NCBI GenBank assembly: GCA_016933095.1
Contig: JAFGBP010000042.1
Span: 19,691-83,690, forward strand
Direction: 5' to 3'
DNA: 64,000 nt
From: Candidatus Woesearchaeota archaeon
GTDB lineage: Archaea; Nanobdellota; Nanobdellia; Woesearchaeales; SM23-78
Shown: positions 27,577 through 37,719 of the stretch, piece by piece
How positions within the stretch are numbered: position 1 is the first letter of the stretch
How the letters are laid out: every line of letters begins with the position of its first letter
Notes under the pieces: generated by a model
What the model was told of the DNA's origin: nothing
What the model saw: the letters and a program-made list of their open reading frames with translations, nothing else
The model's database searches: none
Program-made: the position numbers and the translations under genes

Positions 27577-29931
27577 TTGAAGAAAGACACCTTTGAGGTA
27601 ATTATGGCTGTATTCGTCCTAGTCACCATTCTAGCTGGTGCCTTGATTCTCATGCCCGTCTTCACGCTCGCGACTGGCAACATCACTTGCGAGTTCGTCC
27701 TAGGAACCAGCTGTCCTGGTGATAGTGTGAAGCTGATAGGCGTGCAGAATGACACTGGCGGCTTCAACAACGCGCACGCCCAGAATTATACTGTCGACAC
27801 GTATGCTTACTCCTTATGCTGCAACACGACTAACGCGAGCATCACGCTGAACAACACCTGCGAGACAGAGCCCGTAATCAAGTTGAGCGCAGAGACCAAC
27901 GCTCATATTGAGGAGGGAAATGGAACGTTGTATACTGGTGGAAACTGCGTAGCCCGTACAGACACTGACGACACAGACTTTTCAGCAGGGACGAGCTCTA
28001 ACATGGCAGTCCAGGGAACTGGGACAAACGCGAACCTGACAAGCAGCGATACGAGCGGAAGCTTCAGCATGTTAATAGATGGGTTAAAGACAAGGAAGTG
28101 GTACAACATCACGGTCTCGACCGAGGCGTATTATGGACTTGAGACAGGAAGATGGAGTGATGACGGGCCAGGAGCAAGCCTCCCTTCGATCGATACGACA
28201 AGCTTGATAGCGCTCTGGCACTTGAACAATGAGAGCGCGTATGACGAGAACGACACGCAAGTGTATGACTTCTCAGGGAGCAACAACAATCTTACTAATC
28301 TGAGCAACGTGCAAATTACGAGCTTCGGGCAGTTCGACAAGGCCTACGAATCAAGTGGTGCAGACGGACAACTCTGTAAGGATGGAGGTATAGGCCTTGA
28401 GGATGAGTACACAATCTTAATGTGGATATACCCAAACACCTTGGGAGCGAACGACAACTTCATAGGAACGTACGGAGGAAGCGGGAGCGGCACAGAATGG
28501 CTCTTCAGGATTAACGACACAGGGCTTGCCACGAGCTTACAGTTCTATGATGGAAACAACGTGGGAGGCACCCAAGAAGTCCTTAGTGTGGGCGAATGGC
28601 AGATGATCGGCGCCAGAGGCAACACCACCAACATCACACTCTATCACGACGGGGTGCGGGTGGAGGAAGGAGTCCTTACCTCTTCGTTATCAAGCACAAG
28701 GACGCTGTGCATCATGGACCTGCCGGCGGCTGAATACGAGTTTGACGGCCGGATGGATGAAGTCGCGATATGGAACCGTTCTCTTTCAGAAGAGGAGATA
28801 ATGAACTTCTACCGTAGAGGCGCCTTTAGGCTCAACCTCTCAGTCAGGAGCTGTGACGACGCCTCCTGCTCTGGAGATTCATACACCCAGATAACCGACA
28901 CGAGCTTTATGAGCTCAAAAGTCGCAACAGGCGAGAGTGACAACAGGTACTTCCAATACTTGCTTGAGTATTCTGACAACTCATCAGTCTACAACATATC
29001 GGTGAATGACATCTCTGTCGATTACTGCGACGCATCCATATCCGCATGCCTTGCAAGCAATTTCCAGGCAGTATACTGTTCCTACACGAGCGGGAGCTGC
29101 TCGGGCACCCAGAACTGCGTGCTTACGATGGCGAGCAGCGAGGGCTATAACGGGACCAATGCCCACGTCGGGAACTGCAGCACTTATTCGTACAAGGCCT
29201 GCTGCGGTCTATTGAACTACCCGCCAGAGCAGCCCACCACCACATATCCGATCGACGGTAATGACACTGTGAGTGAGAGGGGGCCTAACTTCAACTGGAC
29301 AAACGTATCAGACCCTGAAGGGGATGACGTGACTTTCACGATCAACCTGACTTGCGGGGCTGGATGCTCCTGCGCCGACATCGGAGTAAGCGGCATAAAC
29401 CAAACCAACTACTCTTATGGAGGATACTTGTGTGTTGACGTGAATTACAACTGGACTGTGAGCGCGTGCGACAGCTACGGCTCCTGCAACACGTCCGAAC
29501 AGTCAAACTTCACGATCCCGAGCGTGCTAGACTTCATAATGATAGCCAACGGCACGGATTTCGGCACGCTGAGCCCTGGCCAGACGAATGACACGACCAA
29601 CAACGACCCCATCCCACTGGTAGGAAGGAACCTAGGTAACGTCCTGATCAACGCGACCATAAACGCGACAGCGCTCTACACCTCGGTAGGAATGGACACG
29701 ATCTATTTCAGGTACTTGGCGGCTGATAATGAGACTGGCAGCATAGTGACGGCGTGCTCGCAAACCACGTTCGCCAACATGGACACAGCAGAGAAGAATG
29801 CCTTCTGCAACTTGTCATTCGAGAATGCAAGCGACGAGGTCAGGATAGACTTTGAGATCACCATCCCGCCAGACGAGCCTCCAAGGGATACTAACAGCAC
29901 GATAGAGATAATTTACGTAAGCGCCGAATAA
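27577..29931 (+). CDS. large surface protein with LamG/concanavalin A-like lectin domain, heavily sequon-rich
   Basis: N-terminal TM/signal; DGRMDEVAIWNRSLSEEEIMNFY (LamG_3-like); dozens of NxT/S sequons; Cys-rich. Confidence 0.6.
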   Translation: MKKDTFEVIMAVFVLVTILAGALILMPVFTLATGNITCEFVLGTSCPGDSVKLIGVQNDTGGFNNAHAQNYTVDTYAYSLCCNTTNASITLNNTCETEPVIKLSAETNAHIEEGNGTLYTGGNCVARTDTDDTDFSAGTSSNMAVQGTGTNANLTSSDTSGSFSMLIDGLKTRKWYNITVSTEAYYGLETGRWSDDGPGASLPSIDTTSLIALWHLNNESAYDENDTQVYDFSGSNNNLTNLSNVQITSFGQFDKAYESSGADGQLCKDGGIGLEDEYTILMWIYPNTLGANDNFIGTYGGSGSGTEWLFRINDTGLATSLQFYDGNNVGGTQEVLSVGEWQMIGARGNTTNITLYHDGVRVEEGVLTSSLSSTRTLCIMDLPAAEYEFDGRMDEVAIWNRSLSEEEIMNFYRRGAFRLNLSVRSCDDASCSGDSYTQITDTSFMSSKVATGESDNRYFQYLLEYSDNSSVYNISVNDISVDYCDASISACLASNFQAVYCSYTSGSCSGTQNCVLTMASSEGYNGTNAHVGNCSTYSYKACCGLLNYPPEQPTTTYPIDGNDTVSERGPNFNWTNVSDPEGDDVTFTINLTCGAGCSCADIGVSGINQTNYSYGGYLCVDVNYNWTVSACDSYGSCNTSEQSNFTIPSVLDFIMIANGTDFGTLSPGQTNDTTNNDPIPLVGRNLGNVLINATINATALYTSVGMDTIYFRYLAADNETGSIVTACSQTTFANMDTAEKNAFCNLSFENASDEVRIDFEITIPPDEPPRDTNSTIEIIYVSAE

Positions 29932-29990
29932 GAGAGCGCAATGAGAAGAAGAGAAAAAGACGATCACTAAACAGCTGAGATGATAAAAAT

Positions 29991-31193
29991 ATGAGAATAA
30001 GCAGCATCACCAAAAAAAACGTGAAGAACACCTTCATCATCGCGTTCATCATAGCCTTGATGCTCTCTCTCACAGCATCGGCATCGGCTCTTGGAGTTAG
30101 CCCTGCGAAGAAGACAGTTTACTTTGAGCCCAACCAGACAGTTGAACTTAATTTCAAAGTGATAAACTCGGACGCTCTGGACGTGCCAGTATTCCTCAAC
30201 GCCCTGGGAGACCTCCAGGATCGCATGTTCTTCTCCGAAGGGAATAAGCTATTGTTGCAGAAGGACGTCGGGATTATGAGCTTCAAGGTGTTCCTGAATC
30301 TTCCGGAAGAGATGAGCCCGGGAGTACATACGACTTACATCAAGCTGACGCCGCAGTTCCCAAGCACAGGCAACATGCTAAGGGCGTTTGCAGCGCCCAT
30401 GATCCCAGTGTTGGTTAGGGTTCCTTATCCCTCTAAGTACGCAGAGGTAGACCTTGCAATCCAGGAAGTTGATGAGGGGACTGCAGTCCCAGTGCTTTTA
30501 GAGTTTGACAACCTGGGTTCTGAGGACATCGCGGTGGCAGAGGGAAGCGTGACCCTTATTAACCTGGCAGAAACTGGAACGGCAGGTGAAGAGAGCTTGA
30601 TAGGAAGCACTGCAGTGCTTGAATGCCCGAAGATTAGCGTCGGCGCCAACTCTTACGGAAAGACGGCATGCGAGCCGACCCAAGCCTTGAGGAGCGGGGA
30701 ATACCTGGCACAGGTAAGATCCCATTATGATAACACCCATGTAGACTTCGACCGAAATGTTAGCATAGGGAAGCCAATAGTCCGCGTAACCCACCTAGCC
30801 ACGCGAAACATCTTAACGAAGAGGATAAACACAGTCGTGTTCGGAGTCCGCAGCGAGTGGAACAGGGAGCTCCTAGTGACGGGGTTCATAAGGATCGACG
30901 GATTCCAGACTGAGATGCCTCTCGTCACCCTGGCACCAGGAGAAGAGAAGGAAGTCATAGGCTACTTTGATGCGACAGACACGACGCCAGGGCTCAAGAA
31001 CATGAGCATCATGCTCGGATATGCAGACCAGATCAGGACAGAGGATTACCTTGTAAGCATTGAGGAGGGAGAGCCTGAAGCTGAGCCGCCTACAAGGCTC
31101 ATAGGGAACATGATCCTTGCAGTGGCCATAATCGTAGTCCTGGCTGCAATCGCGATAATGCTGAAGAACGTTCTCAGGAAGAAAAGGGAGTAG
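29991..31193 (+). CDS. cell-surface protein with signal peptide and C-terminal membrane anchor
   Basis: N-term hydrophobic signal, C-term LIGNMILAVAIIVVLAAIAIML + KKRE. Confidence 0.5.
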   Translation: MRISSITKKNVKNTFIIAFIIALMLSLTASASALGVSPAKKTVYFEPNQTVELNFKVINSDALDVPVFLNALGDLQDRMFFSEGNKLLLQKDVGIMSFKVFLNLPEEMSPGVHTTYIKLTPQFPSTGNMLRAFAAPMIPVLVRVPYPSKYAEVDLAIQEVDEGTAVPVLLEFDNLGSEDIAVAEGSVTLINLAETGTAGEESLIGSTAVLECPKISVGANSYGKTACEPTQALRSGEYLAQVRSHYDNTHVDFDRNVSIGKPIVRVTHLATRNILTKRINTVVFGVRSEWNRELLVTGFIRIDGFQTEMPLVTLAPGEEKEVIGYFDATDTTPGLKNMSIMLGYADQIRTEDYLVSIEEGEPEAEPPTRLIGNMILAVAIIVVLAAIAIMLKNVLRKKRE

Positions 31194-31323
31194 AGGCGAA
31201 AGCCAACAGAACTAACATCGGGGATTTCGAAGTAAAACTCCTAAACTTAGAGGATTAACATCCTTAACTTTCGCCTCGTAGAGGCGAAAGCTTTAAATAA
31301 CCCCGAGCGCAGTAATCCATAGC

Positions 31324-31881
31324 ATGGCAGATAGTGTTTTCAGAGGCACATTAGGATTCTTCATGGACCTTGGAATATATGATGTAGTCCTGCCATTCCT
31401 GCTCGTGTTCACTATCGTCTTCGCCATCCTTGAAAAGACAAAGGCCTTCGGCCTTGAGAAGATAGGCGACAGGGAATACACGAGGAAGAACCTAAACGCG
31501 ATGGTTGCCTTTGTCGCGGCTTTCTTTGTCGTGGCCTCAGCTCAGCTCGTTGCCATTGTGAACGAGGTGCTAGCCAACACCGTCCTTCTACTGCTCGTTT
31601 CCATTTGCTTCCTGCTACTTGCAGGATCCTTCCACAAAGGAGACAAGGAATTTGCCCTTGAAGGAGGATGGAACACCGCATTCATGGTCATCATGTTCAT
31701 AGGCATAGTCCTGATATTCTTCAATGCAGTGGGGTGGCTGCCCATCATTTGGGAGGCCATATTCTACAAGTTCGACTCTGTAACAGTTTCATCCATCATA
31801 CTCATAATTGCGATTGTCGCCTTTATGTGGTATATTACCGGAGGGGTGGGCCCAAAGGAAGAAAAGGACAAGAAGAGCTAG
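31324..31881 (+). CDS. 4-TM membrane protein, paralog 1 of a tandem triplet
   Basis: shared N-terminal core DVVLPFLLVFTIVFAILEKTKAFG with the next two genes. Confidence 0.55.
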   Translation: MADSVFRGTLGFFMDLGIYDVVLPFLLVFTIVFAILEKTKAFGLEKIGDREYTRKNLNAMVAFVAAFFVVASAQLVAIVNEVLANTVLLLLVSICFLLLAGSFHKGDKEFALEGGWNTAFMVIMFIGIVLIFFNAVGWLPIIWEAIFYKFDSVTVSSIILIIAIVAFMWYITGGVGPKEEKDKKS

Positions 31882-32013
31882 GTACCACGAGCCTAGTGGC
31901 GCGTAAGCGAATCTTCCAAGAAAACAGAAAAATCGTTATTCAACGTCATCAAACCAAAAATATATAAATCCTGGATGAGAAAAACCAAGGTGGGCAAAGG
32001 AGGTTAATGAAAA

Positions 32014-32604
32014 ATGGCTTTCCAAGACTTTTTTTACACGCTGGAAATGTGGGGCGTCATGGATGTGGTGCTCCCGTTCATACTTGTATTCACGATAGTC
32101 TTCGCGGTCCTTGAGAAGATCAAGATACTGGGCGAAGGAAAAAGGCAGTACAACACTGTATTCGCTCTTGTCATGGGCGCAACCTTTGTCATGCCGCACA
32201 TAACAGGATCCTATATAGAGCTTATTGGGTTCGACCCGGTAGTTGTGCTCAACCAATCCTTGCCCCAAGTCTCCATTATCGTCGTGGCCATCATCATGGT
32301 CCTTCTTATAATAGGGGTCTTTGGTAACCAGATCGACTTTGCGGGAACACCTCTATCAGGTTGGATAGTCATATTGGCCTTCATCGCAGTCGGGCTCATA
32401 TTTGGCAGCGCCGTCGGATGGTTCTACCTCCCGGACTGGCTCTACTTCCTGAGGGATCCGGAAATACAGTCCCTTGTCGTGATGATACTAGTGTTTGGTA
32501 TCATAATCTGGTTCGTCACGAAGGAGGACAGCAAGGACAAGAAGAGGACGTTTGGCGACATAATTCAGGAGACCTTCGGAAGCCCCATGATAAAGAAGAA
32601 GTGA
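32014..32604 (+). CDS. 4-TM membrane protein, paralog 2
   Basis: DVVLPFILVFTIVFAVLEKIKILG; same architecture. Confidence 0.55.
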   Translation: MAFQDFFYTLEMWGVMDVVLPFILVFTIVFAVLEKIKILGEGKRQYNTVFALVMGATFVMPHITGSYIELIGFDPVVVLNQSLPQVSIIVVAIIMVLLIIGVFGNQIDFAGTPLSGWIVILAFIAVGLIFGSAVGWFYLPDWLYFLRDPEIQSLVVMILVFGIIIWFVTKEDSKDKKRTFGDIIQETFGSPMIKKK

Positions 32605-32723
32605 TCATGGAAAGTGATGGCTGGAGCTGGATAATAAGTAGTTAATTAAAAGCAAATTATTTTTATTTTAATAACCATTTTAATTTGTCAAAATCCTCAT
32701 TTAAGCAGGCAAGAGAAATCTAG

Positions 32724-33365
32724 ATGGCAACGCTACTTGATGTTGGAATACTGGAACACTTCGGCTCGATATTCGTAGTCATAATCCTCTTCGCGATCGT
32801 ATTCGGGATTCTGGAGGCGAAGAAGCCTTTCGGAGATGCCAGCAAGGGTTTGAATGCAATCCTAGCGCTCTTTGTAGCGGCCTTATTTCTGGTATCAAGT
32901 GAAGCATCAGGGATGATAAAGGTCTTGGTGCCTTGGTTTGTCGTCGTCATAATATTCATCTTCTTTGTCATGCTAATGTTCAGGATGTTCGGCGTAGAGG
33001 ACAATACGTTCGTGAAGGTCGTCGGGACATCCCAAGTCTATATCTGGATAATAATCTTCGCCATTCTTGTAATGATGGGAGCGTTGGGAAATGTCTTTGG
33101 TCAAAGCTTCCTCGAGGCAGGCGGCGGAGGAAACACAGTCATAGGCCAGCCGTCTTCAGGTGCGGAAGTAGTCATTGGACCTGACGGAGAACCCGTTTCC
33201 ATTCCAGTGAGTACTGCAAGCGCGAGCACAACGAGCACCACGACAAGCAACTTCACAGTGAACCTCATGAACACGCTTAGGCATCCAAAAGTCTTAGGGA
33301 TGATCTTTGTGCTGCTGACCGGCGCGTTCCTGATGATATTCCTGACAAAGCCTGTCTCAGTATAG
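32724..33365 (+). CDS. 4-TM membrane protein, paralog 3 (with Ser/Thr-rich insert)
   Basis: FVVIILFAIVFGILEAKKPFG; extra STASASTTSTTTSN segment. Confidence 0.55.
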   Translation: MATLLDVGILEHFGSIFVVIILFAIVFGILEAKKPFGDASKGLNAILALFVAALFLVSSEASGMIKVLVPWFVVVIIFIFFVMLMFRMFGVEDNTFVKVVGTSQVYIWIIIFAILVMMGALGNVFGQSFLEAGGGGNTVIGQPSSGAEVVIGPDGEPVSIPVSTASASTTSTTTSNFTVNLMNTLRHPKVLGMIFVLLTGAFLMIFLTKPVSV

Positions 33366-33422
33366 TTCTGAGTTTTGCATCGAAAACTGCATAGAGAAAG
33401 AAAACCAAAAAGCCTTATCCCT

Positions 33423-34016
33423 TTATTTCTTCTTAAGTCCCTGAGTAATCCGATTGAGCTCGTTCACGTTCTCTGTGAAGACAGGCAACACCTTGGCAAA
33501 TACGCGCTCCATGGCCTTGATCTCGGCCCCGACCGCCAAAATGTTCTTGTCATACTCGCCGACCTTCCCAATGATGGCTTGGTGGAGCTTGTCAAAGCTC
33601 TCCTGCAAGGTGTCGATGCGCTGGTTGATCTTGATAATCTTGGAATCCACCTCACCCTTCCAATCCATGAGTCCCGAGAAGTCTTTGGAGACAGCGTTCC
33701 ATTTCTCCTCGACGATGCTCTCTATCATCTCATCTATCTGCTCATCCATGGGCTCGTCAGCGCCCACGGCTCCCGCAGCATCGGGAGGAGGAGGCTCATC
33801 AGGCCCGCCCATAGGCGCGCTTCCCATGTCAGGGACTGGAGATCCTGGAGCAGCGCCTCCGACCAGATCTGCCTGGTTGAGAGCATCAAATATCTGTGTA
33901 GAACTATAGCCGTTCCTCTGAAGGGCCTGGACGATTTGGTTGTTGTCAAAACCTCTAGATCTTAAAGTCTTCACCTGGTCCACTGGAAGGTCTGAAGGCC
34001 TATTGAATGATGCCAA
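33423..34016 (-). CDS. UBA-like N-terminal domain + coiled-coil protein
   Basis: QIVQALQRNGYSSTQIFDAL UBA-like; Pro/Ala/Gly linker; C-terminal heptads. Confidence 0.5.
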   Translation of the reverse strand: MASFNRPSDLPVDQVKTLRSRGFDNNQIVQALQRNGYSSTQIFDALNQADLVGGAAPGSPVPDMGSAPMGGPDEPPPPDAAGAVGADEPMDEQIDEMIESIVEEKWNAVSKDFSGLMDWKGEVDSKIIKINQRIDTLQESFDKLHQAIIGKVGEYDKNILAVGAEIKAMERVFAKVLPVFTENVNELNRITQGLKKK

Positions 34017-34252
34017 TTATGAAACACCTCTTGTTTTCCACCATGCGTGGAAAGTTTTCCCTCTTAACAAGTCATCTTGATTTATCGGGTATATAAAATT
34101 TTTGATGTTGCAAGGGGTGCGTCCAGAAAGGCCGCCTCGCGTAGTCTGATGGTGATTTGTAGAGATGCGTCTACACTCGTTTGCAACACGAAAGAAAGGA
34201 TGCGGACGAAGCGCGGCCAGGAGACTCTGGACGCACCCGATGTTGCAAGTTC

Positions 34253-34858
34253 CTATCTTCGCCTGCGAACAGGAGGTTTTGCACGCACCCTCTGGGCAAC
34301 GGCTAGGCGAGGAGCAGGCTTGGAAGCAGAAGATGATTCCGACTTTGGAGCTGTTGAAGCCGGAGAACCAACAGGCGAATCATCAAAAGAAGAAGGTAGC
34401 GTCCTTAATATTATTCCTTTCTCCTCGATTAGGCGATCAAACTCCTTCCTTGTCAGGAACTCCATAGGCTGCCACATGTCAAGGTAGCGCTCAATCACTT
34501 TGAACTCCTCTTTCTTCGTGAGGTTCTTCATCTCATTGTTAATCAGCATGAGCTTGTCCATGATGTCCTTTAGCTCGTGCTTTAGGTCTAGGATGTCATC
34601 GTTTATCATCTTCAAGTCTTTGGAAAGGCCTCTCTCCAGCTCTATCATGCCGCCCTCGGAGACCTGGCTCTTGTTCCTCATCAGCACGAACCGCTCTTCA
34701 AGAATCCTTAAGTTGGCACCTATAGTGTTCACGTCTTTCCCCATCTTCTCGAAGGCATCCATGGTAGCAGGCATCTTCTTTACGGGCTTAGCGCTTGGCC
34801 TTTGCGGTGGAGGCGGAGGCACTCCTGCCATTGGAGGAGGCGGGATATTCTGGTTCAT
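34253..34858 (-). CDS. proline-rich N-terminus + coiled-coil protein (weak paralog of 33423..34016)
   Basis: MNQNIPPPPMAGVPPPPPQRP; coiled-coil core similar in pattern to neighbour. Confidence 0.5.
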   Translation of the reverse strand: MNQNIPPPPMAGVPPPPPQRPSAKPVKKMPATMDAFEKMGKDVNTIGANLRILEERFVLMRNKSQVSEGGMIELERGLSKDLKMINDDILDLKHELKDIMDKLMLINNEMKNLTKKEEFKVIERYLDMWQPMEFLTRKEFDRLIEEKGIILRTLPSSFDDSPVGSPASTAPKSESSSASKPAPRLAVAQRVRAKPPVRRRR

Positions 34859-34908
34859 GATAGTATCGACTCCTGGATTCAGAGTATTTAATATTTTTGG
34901 AAAAGAGA

Positions 34909-35125
34909 GGCTCTGTCAAAATCTCTCGTAGCCCGCTGCTACCGCTCATCAATAACGTCCTCGAGCCGAGTCTAGTCTGACCGCATGGCATTTCGTAGGC
35001 GCAGCCAGGGGCTACTTCTCTCGTAGCCCGCTGCTACCGCTCATCAATAACGTCCTCGAGCCGAGTCTAGTCTGACAGCATGGCATTTCGTAGGCGCAGC
35101 CAGGGGCTACTCTTTGAACAGAGCC
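34909..35125. mobile_element. MITE-like element copy 2 with internal ~95-bp tandem duplication; flanked by GGAAAAG direct repeats
   Basis: same TIRs as copy 1 (left TIR lacks one T); interior segment ctctcgtagcccgctgctaccgctcatcaataacgtcctcgagccgagtctagtctgac.gcatggcatttcgtaggcgcagccaggggctac present twice. Confidence 0.65.
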
Positions 35126-35329
35126 GGAAAAGCGAAGGCTTTTCCAGACAAAGAACGAAGTTCTGCTCTGGGAAAAAATGATGTCAAAAGACGTCAGAAG
35201 AGGGGCAAAAGATTTATATAATCTCAAGCTCAGGAGAGAGATATCAGTTAGCTTTAGCTATAACATCGCTGGGCTGACGGAAAAGAAGAGGAAAAGGGAA
35301 AATTAACAGCAAAAGAGGTTGGAACTAGA

Positions 35330-37645
35330 TTGGTTGATGATAAGGAAGGCAGGAAGCCAGGCATACCTTACAGGATCGACCATGTGGGAGAAGACACTAT
35401 CCTGAAGGTAGACTGCGAGAAGCTGAACACCATCCCTTCCATAGAGGACAATGCCAACATCATGTCTTTCGTGGTCGAGAGGCTCATCGAGAACAAGGCC
35501 GCGACAAAGATCGTCTTCAGCCAGAAACGCGAGTACGAGTATGACTATGCTCAGACGAGGATCCTTGCAGAGCTAGCCTCAGTCTACAACAAGCTGATCA
35601 AGCAGAAGGAGCTCTTCAGCTACGAGAACCTTAACATGAAGCTGCGAAGCCGCGAGGCTGCCAGGTTCTACACCCAGATCCACAACCTGATATTCGATGT
35701 CTTGAAGAAGGACCCGGCGACCGCGTACGTCGAGCTCCGTCGGATGTATAGGCATGAGAAGATACTCTTCGAATCCGAGGAGAAGGAGAGGGGGCAGAGC
35801 ATAGAGTCATACAAGCTCTTCACGCACACCCTTGCTTATTTCATAGAGGAGCTTGACAAGACAAGACTCATTACTATCCTAAAGCCTTACCTGGCAGGCC
35901 ACAAGCCTTATGACAGGGAAGTGTACAGGAAGATATTCACCCCTAACATCAAGCCTGATTTCTTGTTCACAAAACTCATGGCTACCTATCCCAAAGGTGC
36001 GGTGGAGCTTGACAACTACAAGATCGGTCAGAGTGAGGTCGTGATCTTTGAGCTCGAAGACAACGTCCAGTACCTCTATCACATAACTCCTCCGGAATTC
36101 AAGCTGAAAGAGGAGCATTACGAGATCCTAGACATTGCGAGGAACATAATCTCTGAGCACAAGCCAACGAGGCAGGAGTTCATAGACCCTACGAGGATGA
36201 GGGAGGTATTCTTCAACGTAGGCCAGGACTTGATTGAAGAGCTTTCAGGGTATCGCAAGGTTAAGATAACTCCGGATGAGATCAAGGATCTCACGATGAT
36301 ACTTATCAGGTACACTGTCGGATTCGGCCTGATAGAAGTGCTTCTCGAGGATCCGAAGATTCAAGATATAACATTCAACAGCCCTGCAGGGCAGAGCACG
36401 ATATTCCTCGTCCACCAGGACTTCGGAGAGTGCAAGACTAACATAATACCGACGATCCCTGACAGCGAGAGCTGGGCGTCGAAGCTCAGGATGATAAGCG
36501 GCCGTCCCTTGGATGAGGCCAACCCGATCCTTGATACTGAGATCGAGATCCCGGGCGTAGCAAGGGCGAGGATCGGAGTGATAGCTCCGCCGCTGAACCC
36601 TTTCGGGATCGCTTATGCTTTCAGAAGGCACAGGGACAAGCCCTGGACCCTTCCGTTGTTCATCAAGAGCAGGATGATAAGCACGCTGGCTGCCGGCCTC
36701 ATCAGCTTCATAGTCGACGGCAACAGGACTATACTCGTTGCGGGGACTAGGAGCGCGGGAAAGACCAGCGTCGTTGGCAGCCTGCTCGTAGAGATTATGA
36801 GGAAGTACAGGATCATAACAATTGAGGATACGTTGGAGCTTCCTACTGACAGCCTGCGGGCCATGGGATACAATATCCAGCCGATGAAGGTGGCAAGTGC
36901 CTTCACGAAAGGCACTACAGAAGTGCCTGCAGATGAAGGTATCAGGACAACCTTGAGACTTGGAGATTCGGCCCTTATTGTTGGAGAGGTAAGGAGTACG
37001 GAAGCAGCTGCGCTATATGAGGCCATGAGGGTCGGCGCTCTTGCTAACGTAGTCGCCGGTACGATCCATGGTGACAGCCCTTATGGAGTGTTCGACAGGG
37101 TAGTAAACGACCTCAAAGTCCCTAAGACCAGCTTCAAAGCGACAGACATAATAATAGTCTCTAATCCTATCAGGAGCCCTGACGGAATACACAAGTGGAG
37201 GAGGGTGACGCAGATCACCGAGGTCCGGAAGGAATGGGAAGACGATCCGCTGCGGGAGAAGGGTTTTGTCGACCTCATGAAATATGACTCGAAGACAGAC
37301 CAGCTAGAACCGACCGATGACCTGATAAACGGAGACAGCGACATTCTCAAGGCCATTGCCGGAAACGTGCGCGAGTGGGCCGGCAGTTGGGATGCTGTCT
37401 GGGAGAACATAACCCTCCGCGCAGACATGAAGACCGCAATTGTGAAGGCTGCAGAGGAGGAGAACAACCCTGACCTTCTAGAGGCTCCTTTTGTCATCAA
37501 GTGCAACGATTACTTCCATAAGATATCAGAGAAGGTGAGAGCCAGGTATGGCAAGCTTGACAGCGAGAGGATACTCTTCGAATGGAAGGAGTGGCTGAAG
37601 AAAGAGCTTAAAGCCAAGCAATCTAAGAAATCGTTTGAGAGATGA
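35330..37645 (+). CDS. type IV filament / archaellum-type secretion ATPase (FlaI/GspE/VirB11 family) with long N-terminal extension
   Basis: Walker A GTRSAGKTS, GEVRSTEA, QDITFNSPAG; TTG start with AGAGGT RBS; 771 aa vs ~540 for typical FlaI. Confidence 0.8.
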   Translation: MVDDKEGRKPGIPYRIDHVGEDTILKVDCEKLNTIPSIEDNANIMSFVVERLIENKAATKIVFSQKREYEYDYAQTRILAELASVYNKLIKQKELFSYENLNMKLRSREAARFYTQIHNLIFDVLKKDPATAYVELRRMYRHEKILFESEEKERGQSIESYKLFTHTLAYFIEELDKTRLITILKPYLAGHKPYDREVYRKIFTPNIKPDFLFTKLMATYPKGAVELDNYKIGQSEVVIFELEDNVQYLYHITPPEFKLKEEHYEILDIARNIISEHKPTRQEFIDPTRMREVFFNVGQDLIEELSGYRKVKITPDEIKDLTMILIRYTVGFGLIEVLLEDPKIQDITFNSPAGQSTIFLVHQDFGECKTNIIPTIPDSESWASKLRMISGRPLDEANPILDTEIEIPGVARARIGVIAPPLNPFGIAYAFRRHRDKPWTLPLFIKSRMISTLAAGLISFIVDGNRTILVAGTRSAGKTSVVGSLLVEIMRKYRIITIEDTLELPTDSLRAMGYNIQPMKVASAFTKGTTEVPADEGIRTTLRLGDSALIVGEVRSTEAAALYEAMRVGALANVVAGTIHGDSPYGVFDRVVNDLKVPKTSFKATDIIIVSNPIRSPDGIHKWRRVTQITEVRKEWEDDPLREKGFVDLMKYDSKTDQLEPTDDLINGDSDILKAIAGNVREWAGSWDAVWENITLRADMKTAIVKAAEEENNPDLLEAPFVIKCNDYFHKISEKVRARYGKLDSERILFEWKEWLKKELKAKQSKKSFER

Positions 37646-37719
37646 AATACCGACGAGATATGCATAAGAGACACTATCAAGATACTCGAATACCAGGAAA
37701 CACAGGACTGATTTGAAAA

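Noticed and set aside
31324-33365. Considered the three paralogous membrane proteins to be type IV pilins or archaellins
   Set aside because: Their N-termini lack a class III signal peptide (a short basic stretch, then G/A, then a hydrophobic helix with cleavage after Gly). They also contain charged residues before the first TM helix and four TM segments. They are therefore reported as a paralogous membrane-protein family of unknown role.
34788-35227. Two minus-strand ORFs with identical C-terminal peptides
   Set aside because: They are generated by the internal tandem duplication inside MITE copy 2. The same frame is interrupted by a stop in copy 1, so they are not genes.
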